Origin: a virus
Taxonomy: Duplodnaviria; Caudoviricetes
Direction: 5' to 3' (one strand)
Length of the DNA stretch: 64,000 bases
Virus record (IMG/VR): IMGVR_UViG_3300015214_000026
Span: 1 to 64,000 of that record
Each line of letters opens with the position of its first letter. Positions within the stretch are counted from its first letter, which is position 1. The notes beneath the pieces were generated by a model that saw nothing but the letters and a program-made list of their open reading frames with translations, ran no database searches and had not been told where the DNA came from. The position numbers and the translations under genes were made by a program. Positions 57,474 through 64,000 of this stretch are shown here, one piece after another.

Positions 57474-58274
57474 TGTTTTGGTTCCTTCATCTATTCATCA
57501 CGTTGCCTGATTGGAATAGTGGGAGGACTAATCCTCCCACCTTTCCATTTCTTTCTTCCAATACTGGCGAAAATCCTTGTGATATTTTCGCTTGAAGAAA
57601 CTACGGGTTTTACCCTGATAGTTCTCCCGCCAACCCCTCGGCGGATAATGAGAATGATAATAGGTCGGCGAGATACCGTCGTATCCATTCTCGTAACGAT
57701 TACGCGGATCTTTCTCCGCCCATTCTTCCCTGCCTAATCCGGTCATCGTCAATTCCCATGGGGAATACTTAGTAGAGGAAAAACCGGGAAGGATACAACG
57801 TTTGGTTCTGCTCATGAACACTCTCCTGTGTAGCGGAATTGCTACATAAAAAGTGCCCATAAATCCAGTGTCGATATTGTTTCATAGTGCGCTCCTAGTC
57901 GTAGATGCCGATATCGGCATCAGTCGGATGAAACTGACCGTCTTCTACAGAGTACCAGAGTACCCACGCTCATCCAACATGTTTATTACATCGTCCTTAT
58001 TGACAGCGCCATCTTTGATAGTCAGCGTATCAATAATACCGCGATAATCATGGACAGTCATAAAACGGTCAACGTCTACGGTATAACCAGCTTTTTCCAG
58101 AAGAAGTTTTGCTTCCGTTACTAACATTTGATCCTCCAATGCTCTAAAGCAGCTTGAACAGCGTCACTTTTACGGACATAGTTATAATAGTTGTAGCCTT
58201 TCTGGCTTGTCCATACCCAACCATGTCCTCCGCCTACCCAACGGATATTCGCTAATATTTCAATATCCATGTTA

Positions 58275-58466
58275 TCACCACTTCGCGATTACGGTGATTT
58301 CCTTCGGCCCCTTCTTACCGTCCAGTGCGTCCTTACGAACGTAGATGGAGCCGATCTTGACTTCACGGAAGTCCTCGATAACGTTTCCATCGTCATCGAT
58401 TTCCGAATACTGATACGCCCCCTTGGTTTCCTTGACCCGCTTCATCTGAACGGAAATTCTGCTCAT
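58275..58466 (-). CDS. Small hypothetical protein
   Basis: KETKGA..Y.E...IGSIYVRK. Confidence 0.65.
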   Translation of the reverse strand: MSRISVQMKRVKETKGAYQYSEIDDDGNVIEDFREVKIGSIYVRKDALDGKKGPKEITVIAKW

Positions 58467-58516
58467 GGTTCTCTCCTGCTTTTTACCGATTGATATTGTT
58501 AATTACTGTAATTGGG

Positions 58517-59113
58517 TTAGAGCGGATATTTCTCCGCTAACTGTTCATCATAATTCTCCCCCTCAACAATACCCAACGTTTTACACGCAGCATCCAGCAC
58601 GTCGTTCCACCAGCCATTCAGCGCCAAACTAATCAATGTCGCTTCGAAAGCATCAGGTGTAAACTGCGCCACACAATAGATTGTGTCGTACTCATAGCGC
58701 CCTTCCTTCGAATTGTAATGCTTTTCACGGAAGGACGCCGCGCGTATAGCAACCAAAGCAAGTCGTTTATCCGCCGACATCAAAGCGGTATTGAATACCG
58801 GGTCAGCTTCGCTTTTATATTTTTCATTCCCTTCTGTGAGAGGATCATTAAGATGCTGGTCAATTTCTTCGACCCTACTCATTGCTGTAATAAGTGGATT
58901 AACTCGAAACCCTACAACATACTGGCTGTCTTTCGCGTCAGCATATAAATAGTGACGGCCTTCTCCGCAATCTACATAAAGACCTTGTTGTTCATCCCGC
59001 TTTACTTCCTTTGGTCCAGCCTTCATGCAATCACTTCCACCGTCGAAATGAATGTACTGGCCGACTTTAAGTGAGAAAATATTAACCCAATTAGTCATGG
59101 TTCTGTTCCTCAA
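58517..59113 (-). CDS. Hypothetical protein
   Basis: ORF; probable start MTNW after GAGGA. Confidence 0.7.
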   Translation of the reverse strand: MRNRTMTNWVNIFSLKVGQYIHFDGGSDCMKAGPKEVKRDEQQGLYVDCGEGRHYLYADAKDSQYVVGFRVNPLITAMSRVEEIDQHLNDPLTEGNEKYKSEADPVFNTALMSADKRLALVAIRAASFREKHYNSKEGRYEYDTIYCVAQFTPDAFEATLISLALNGWWNDVLDAACKTLGIVEGENYDEQLAEKYPL

Positions 59114-59131
59114 ACGTTTGAAGATACGAAA

Positions 59132-59156
59132 AGAGCGGGGTTAATAACCCCGCTCT
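59132..59156 (-). terminator. Rho-independent terminator
   Basis: AGAGCGGGGTT/AACCCCGCTCT plus T run on the minus strand. Confidence 0.75.
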
Positions 59157-59172
59157 AAATCGTCAGGGACGA

Positions 59173-60045
59173 TTAGTCATCGATATCGTCAATGTCATCG
59201 AGGCCGTCTTCATCGTCGTCCTCGTCCTCGTCCTCGTCTTCTTCATCCTCGTCTTCTTCTTCGTCCTCGTCCTCGTCCTCGTCTTCTTCTTCGTCCTTCT
59301 TGGACTTGCGCTTGGACTTGGCTTTCTTGTCCTTCTTCGACTTACGGGACGGCTTCTCGTCTTCCTCATCCTCGTCGTCTTCATCCGGTTCCTCGTCGGA
59401 ATTGAGGGCGACCAGAATGGCGGTGATCTGCTTGTTCTTGGACTTCACCTTGTCCGTGTCGATACCGAGTTCTTCGGCGAGTTCCGAAATATCGTCCTCG
59501 TCATGGAGCTTCAGTTTTGCCATCAGCGCCTTGTTGGCCGCGAGGAACATTCCGAGTTCTTCCGCCTTCTCGGCCCGCGTTTCCGCGTCCTCCGTCAGAA
59601 CGTCGGGATCGCCGCCCAGCTTCTTGACTTCCGGCTTCAGTTCACGAATGCCTCCCTCGACAGGCTCCCCTTCAAACTCGGAGAGGAAATCGTAGCAGTC
59701 ATCCAGAGTCGGTGTACCGTCGAACGGTTCCGGCTTCGAACGTTTCGACTTCTTCTCGGCCTTGTCCGCCTTGGCCTTGCGACCACGCTTCTTCGGTGCC
59801 TCGTCCTCGTCATCATCGTCCTTGGCCTTGCGACCACGCTTGGTCTTGACCTTTTCGGTCTTCTTGCCCTTCTTCACCTTATCGCGGCGCGAAGACGACG
59901 CCGTGGATTCCTCCAGATCGGAAAGGTCTTCCGAAGCGGAGAGTTCCACGATGGTCTCCAGCAGGGTCGCGACCGATCCCTGAAGCTTCTTGTTCATGCC
60001 GTCCACGATATCGAGAACGCGATCACGGTTGGAAATACGTGCCAT
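59173..60045 (-). CDS. Highly charged protein with alternating Lys/Arg-rich and Asp/Glu-rich blocks (histone-like or DNA-mimic candidate)
   Basis: Strong GC3 codon bias; own promoter and terminator. Confidence 0.85.
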   Translation of the reverse strand: MARISNRDRVLDIVDGMNKKLQGSVATLLETIVELSASEDLSDLEESTASSSRRDKVKKGKKTEKVKTKRGRKAKDDDDEDEAPKKRGRKAKADKAEKKSKRSKPEPFDGTPTLDDCYDFLSEFEGEPVEGGIRELKPEVKKLGGDPDVLTEDAETRAEKAEELGMFLAANKALMAKLKLHDEDDISELAEELGIDTDKVKSKNKQITAILVALNSDEEPDEDDEDEEDEKPSRKSKKDKKAKSKRKSKKDEEEDEDEDEDEEEDEDEEDEDEDEDDDEDGLDDIDDIDD

Positions 60046-60130
60046 GTTGAGAGTGTCCTTTTCTCATGTTTAGGGGATTCAAACGTTTGAATGATCCGAC
60101 CGGGTTCCCCAACCCATTAGGATCATTCAT

Positions 60131-60159
60131 ATTTTACACTGATTCGGTGTCCATGTCAA
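60131..60159 (-). promoter_or_regulatory. Leftward sigma70-type promoter
   Basis: TTGACA-17nt-TAAAAT. Confidence 0.75.
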
Positions 60160-60260
60160 CCCCATCAAAATCAGGGGTTTGCGGTGAATATGTTCAAACG
60201 TTTTGAGTGACGCTTTTGATCCAAACTGACACTTTAACCGAAAGCCAGGGTTCCTCCGAT

Positions 60261-60289
60261 TTGACAAACTGACCGAATCATGATATGAT
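60261..60289 (+). promoter_or_regulatory. Rightward sigma70-type promoter
   Basis: TTGACA-17nt-TATGAT with TG. Confidence 0.75.
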
Positions 60290-60353
60290 TGATTTGTCCC
60301 ACGGGGACGATTTGGGAAGAGCTGAAACCTTCAAACGTTGAAAAGAGAATCAA

Positions 60354-60599
60354 ATGTCAAACCAGTTTTATGAAATGGTCGCATCCATTACCGCTCCCAA
60401 AGCACAACAGGAAATCCAATTCCTTGTGTTTGAAGGAAACGGCGAGTTCATCGTGGCGACTCCGGCTACGCTTGATGGTGTTCGTGAGTTCTTCGAAAAG
60501 TATGAGCGTGATATTGAAGACTACGATATCACGCCCGTCTATTCACCGGCGGTACATATCGAGTTGCATCGGCCGAGTGCGAGTGTATACGGTTTGTAG
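60354..60599 (+). CDS. Hypothetical protein
   Basis: First ORF after the rightward promoter. Confidence 0.65.
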   Translation: MSNQFYEMVASITAPKAQQEIQFLVFEGNGEFIVATPATLDGVREFFEKYERDIEDYDITPVYSPAVHIELHRPSASVYGL

Positions 60600-60644
60600 T
60601 TAATCCATGTAAGGCAACAATCCCTAACAAGAGGAAACGGGAAA

Positions 60645-60830
60645 ATGTCGAAAACGTTTCGTGGCAAGAATCGTGAGTTCATGAAGACCCTGGCGAAGTT
60701 CGACCGCCGGAGAAAGCATCAGAAGCGATCGAAGAAGCAAGGTTTCGACAACAGCATCGCGATGGAGTTCCATGAACCCAAGACGTTTGCGGACTCCAAA
60801 CGTTTGAGGAACCGCTTCCTCACGGCCTGA
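60645..60830 (+). CDS. Small basic protein
   Basis: RBS GAGGA; followed by a hairpin at 60840-60861. Confidence 0.65.
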   Translation: MSKTFRGKNREFMKTLAKFDRRRKHQKRSKKQGFDNSIAMEFHEPKTFADSKRLRNRFLTA

Positions 60831-60884
60831 CACGAAACAGGGCTGGTGTAAAAACCAGCCCCATTCTTAAACAAGGAATACCCT

Positions 60885-61106
60885 ATGCTTAAGCTCGTTA
60901 GCTGCTCGCAAACTGTCTACGGAAACCTGATGGCGTTTCTGGGACGACCGTTCATCAAACGTTTCGTCACAGAAAGCGGGGATTGGTCACAGATGAATAT
61001 ATCCGTTTTCGGAATCACTGTCGCTTACACGCAACCGAATGTGATCGGCGAATACGGCGAGCCGGATTTCTTCTGGTGCCGTAAGTTTTTGCGATATCTG
61101 TTCTAA
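60885..61106 (+). CDS. Hypothetical protein
   Basis: RBS AAGGA. Confidence 0.6.
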   Translation: MLKLVSCSQTVYGNLMAFLGRPFIKRFVTESGDWSQMNISVFGITVAYTQPNVIGEYGEPDFFWCRKFLRYLF

Positions 61107-61149
61107 TAATAGTGGAAACCTAATCGCCGTAACATAGGGGGTTTTATAG

Positions 61150-61464
61150 ATGGTAGTTTGGCTGGTAGTGTCCGTCGTTCTGTCGGTTCTCGGAATATGG
61201 TTTAATCTTCCTGACTTCGAATTGGCTACTATATGCAGCCTAATTCTTTCAGTCGGAGCGGTATCAACACGTATCAAACGTTTGGGGGAGTCTAACAAAA
61301 CACTGCCGTACACAACTACAATCCGATTTTGGATATCGGGCGGAGTGGTTTCTGGAATGCTCGGCATGTTTCCTAATAAGGCACCATTTGAAGTGTTATG
61401 CCTTATTATAGTGTGGTTTGGTACGGCGTATATTATGGTCGAACTTCGGGACGTGGAGCCATAG
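61150..61464 (+). CDS. Membrane protein (about 4 TM)
   Basis: Hydrophobic segments; RBS GGGGG. Confidence 0.6.
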   Translation: MVVWLVVSVVLSVLGIWFNLPDFELATICSLILSVGAVSTRIKRLGESNKTLPYTTTIRFWISGGVVSGMLGMFPNKAPFEVLCLIIVWFGTAYIMVELRDVEP

Positions 61465-61831
61465 TAATGGTAAGTTATGAATGGGAAGTTTTAACCGCCG
61501 ATTATATCGGCGATGGAAAATGGGAACCGAATACACCGCTGGTGTTTGATTCCGAAGATGAAGCTATAGAATACGTGAAGTTGATTAACGCGAATAATCA
61601 GCTTCGAGTGTCCAAACGTGTGCTCCATGTAAAACAAATAGGCTGAACATGAAAGAAATGTTGAAGCATTGGTTCTTCATGATCCGGCATCGTCGATGTT
61701 GGGAATACGGAAGAACAAAGGACTGGAAATTCACCGCGTTCTATACGTGGCATGATGGTCCGATATTCGTCTATCGTTTTGGACCAATCTGGTTTGGTCT
61801 AACCTACGATAACTGGTGAGGATAAAATATC

Positions 61832-62188
61832 ATGGAAGGCGCGAGCGAAATGGTTGACGACGACTACGGTTTCAATAACCTGCCGAAACAGGGTACGATT
61901 CTCACCTTCGCAGAAATTATTGGGCTTGAATTGCCGGATATGCCGTGTTTCGAGTTCAAGATTAATGGTCATATGGGATGGATACAAACGTCCCATTTGA
62001 CTATGGAGAAAGAGAGGGAATTTGTGGAGCTTGGTAAAACCAAGTGGAAATACCTCTACACTACCCGCGAGTGGATTCCGGTATTTAAGTACGCGGATAC
62101 TGTGGATTTGCGGGAAGTTCTCGATATGGAATTTGTTCCGATGGAGGATGGTCAGGAAGCATTCTGGTCCGGGTTTCCGAAAAAGTAG
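61832..62188 (+). CDS. Hypothetical protein
   Basis: RBS GAGGA. Confidence 0.65.
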   Translation: MEGASEMVDDDYGFNNLPKQGTILTFAEIIGLELPDMPCFEFKINGHMGWIQTSHLTMEKEREFVELGKTKWKYLYTTREWIPVFKYADTVDLREVLDMEFVPMEDGQEAFWSGFPKK

Positions 62189-62209
62189 AAACGCTTAAAT
62201 AAAAGGAAC

Positions 62210-62506
62210 ATGAAAATGGCTAATGGTCTTCCCAACGTTTTGTGGATGGTGCAGTACAATCTCGCGGGCTTGCAAAAGCCGTATCGTATGAAGCTGCATG
62301 ATGATATCAGTAGTGACAAGGTTTCGTTATATTACGACAAGTCGGAAGATATCGGCGGTGATCCGATACCGAATAACACCAAGGTCTGGCCTGTGGTGTT
62401 CGATACTAATGACAGGGTGGCTTACTATTTCAATGACAAAAAGGAAGCGGAGGCGGCTTATGACATGCTGAACCGCTACCGCAGTCATATCGTAACTCAT
62501 ATTTAA
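62210..62506 (+). CDS. Hypothetical protein
   Basis: RBS AAGGA. Confidence 0.65.
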   Translation: MKMANGLPNVLWMVQYNLAGLQKPYRMKLHDDISSDKVSLYYDKSEDIGGDPIPNNTKVWPVVFDTNDRVAYYFNDKKEAEAAYDMLNRYRSHIVTHI

Positions 62507-62586
62507 TCGAAGAAACCAACGCTTCGGTTAGGTGGACTTTACAGTCCACCATTCCCAAACGTTGAATCCAATGAAAGGAACATAAC

Positions 62587-62853
62587 ATGCGTGAATATAC
62601 TCTCTTTCGTGAAACCCGCACCACCCGCAAGGTTACGTTTCGTGCGGACAGGTATGGTCTGTACCTATTGTGCTGGGAGCGTGGGTGTCTCGCAGCGGGC
62701 GTGTCATATCAGTGGCCTAATTGGCTGCAACGTAAGGTCAACGGTGAAGATGCCGCCCGTCACCTTAATCCCGGTTTGTCTGGTTTCAGTTGGGGACCAG
62801 ACGTTGTTGAATTTCTCGACCATTCAATGCCGGCGGCTCTGTATGACGATTGA
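62587..62853 (+). CDS. Hypothetical protein
   Basis: RBS GAAAGGA. Confidence 0.65.
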   Translation: MREYTLFRETRTTRKVTFRADRYGLYLLCWERGCLAAGVSYQWPNWLQRKVNGEDAARHLNPGLSGFSWGPDVVEFLDHSMPAALYDD

Positions 62854-63233
62854 GCCGTATCACAAAGACCATAGCCCGTTTTGGAAATGGCTGTTTAACT
62901 ACTATGAGGCGAGAAACCATGATAACGGCTAATAATGAACAAGATTTTATCCTGTTGCTAGGGGATATGGATCGAAACGGAAAGAAACTGATTCGTGGTT
63001 ATAAAGCGGGTAATAGAATAAGACCCATTTATGAATGCCGAATTATGGCTACTGCCGGTGGGCTTCAATATGGGTTCGCAGAAATCAATTCTATGAATCA
63101 ACGAGGTTCCGGCATATACACAATGGATATCGAAGAGGCTTATCTTATAGCCTACGATTTCGAAACCAAAAATACATCAAGCGAATGGTTTTTGGTCGAT
63201 GATTGCGAACACACGTATTATTCGGAATACTGA
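62850..63233 (+). CDS. Hypothetical protein
   Basis: Packed ORF; start uncertain. Confidence 0.6.
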   Translation: MSRITKTIARFGNGCLTTMRRETMITANNEQDFILLLGDMDRNGKKLIRGYKAGNRIRPIYECRIMATAGGLQYGFAEINSMNQRGSGIYTMDIEEAYLIAYDFETKNTSSEWFLVDDCEHTYYSEY

Positions 63234-63286
63234 ATAAGCCTACGTGAAGATTAAATAGAAACAATCAAAATGAAGGAAACTGACAA

Positions 63287-64000
63287 ATGGCTTTTGTGGA
63301 CAAACTACTGGTTAAAGGCGACCGTGTTATTATGAATATGAACGAGGAATCTCGTGGCTGGGCTGGAGATAAGTATCCTCCTAATGGCACGCTCGGAACC
63401 TTTCTCGGTCGTCATCGTATCCAGATTTATCGTGGTCGTGTTGGCGTTGATCGGTATTTTTATGAACCCGGTATTTATGAAGCCGATGGGGCAGCTATAA
63501 TTGAATGGGATAACGGTTCTACTGCTGTTGACGGGTGGAGCCACGAAATGGCAGATAAAGAGGAATATAATAGACGATTCACAGCGTATCATGCGATTGA
63601 AAATAAGCCTAATGACTATGGTGAAAACGTGGTTCGAATTGGTGATCTTCCTGAAACCAAGTTTTGGGAGGGTGATATCGTCAAACGCGAATTTCATGAT
63701 TCAAGTGAACTTAACAGAATGCGGATTAGCTCCATTCAATGGCATTGGGATAAAGACGATCGCGGATGGTGTTACAACGTTGAATGGGTAAACGAGGATA
63801 ATACGTATGCTCGTCGTGGCTCTATGTATCTTCATGATTATGAGTTGGAGCTTATAGAACGAGGGAATGTGTGGCGTGAAGCGCACAACCAGCCTCTGTA
63901 TTTTAATAATTTCGAGGAAGAAGTCACTTTCGAACGTTTGGTGGGTAGATATGAGGAAGTTCGAAATCCAAAAAGTAAGCTCTATTCATGGACGAAGGAT
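63287..64000 (+). CDS. Hypothetical protein, truncated by the window end (MAFVDKLLVKGDRV...)
   Basis: RBS AAGGA; frame appears open to the end of the window, which explains its absence from the ORF track. Confidence 0.75.
   Translation, partial: MAFVDKLLVKGDRVIMNMNEESRGWAGDKYPPNGTLGTFLGRHRIQIYRGRVGVDRYFYEPGIYEADGAAIIEWDNGSTAVDGWSHEMADKEEYNRRFTAYHAIENKPNDYGENVVRIGDLPETKFWEGDIVKREFHDSSELNRMRISSIQWHWDKDDRGWCYNVEWVNEDNTYARRGSMYLHDYELELIERGNVWREAHNQPLYFNNFEEEVTFERLVGRYEEVRNPKSKLYSWTKD

Noticed and set aside
59192-60090. Plus-strand poly-Ser and other overlapping ORFs
   Set aside because: Antisense shadows of the GC3-biased D/E/K-rich gene; the same applies to most short opposite-strand ORFs in the track.
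63254-63263. Single AATAGAAACA motif (also ATAGAACCA near 51660, minus strand)
   Set aside because: Isolated copies without 18/36-nt periodicity.

Overview
64 kb of a large lytic dsDNA tailed-phage genome. The host is probably an alphaproteobacterium (Rhizobiales-like), inferred from a DUF1194 vWA gene, an EcfG-like sigma factor and a CtrA-like DNA-binding domain. Bases 1-30.9 kb are on the + strand and AT-rich: topoisomerase II subunit A end, folE, a TGT/DpdA-like gene, RuvC-like resolvase, terminase large subunit, primase with an upstream homing endonuclease, SF2 helicase, DnaB-like helicase and two queC paralogues. Bases 30.9-60.1 kb are on the - strand: DHH phosphoesterase, queD, queE, dCTP deaminase, thyA, ECF sigma, ParB-like, NYN, clamp loader, a tRNA/structured-RNA cluster, an ATP-grasp enzyme, a Nop-domain Tas-like gene and many small early-type genes. 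A divergent promoter pair at about 60.2 kb starts a + strand early region. Main highlight: a candidate TIGR-Tas RNA-guided system, made of a nuclease-less TasA-like protein (48614-49648) and three dispersed arrays with about 36-nt periodicity and non-canonical repeats, one of them 20 kb away and directly upstream of the queC pair. Other highlights: a 7-deazaguanine DNA-modification pathway with two QueC paralogues; a split tRNA-like gene enclosing an HNH gene and a whole tRNA-Lys; several unannotated structured RNAs; a candidate anti-RBS sRNA; and an enriched CAAACGTTTG palindrome. All calls come from motif recognition by eye; no searches were run.
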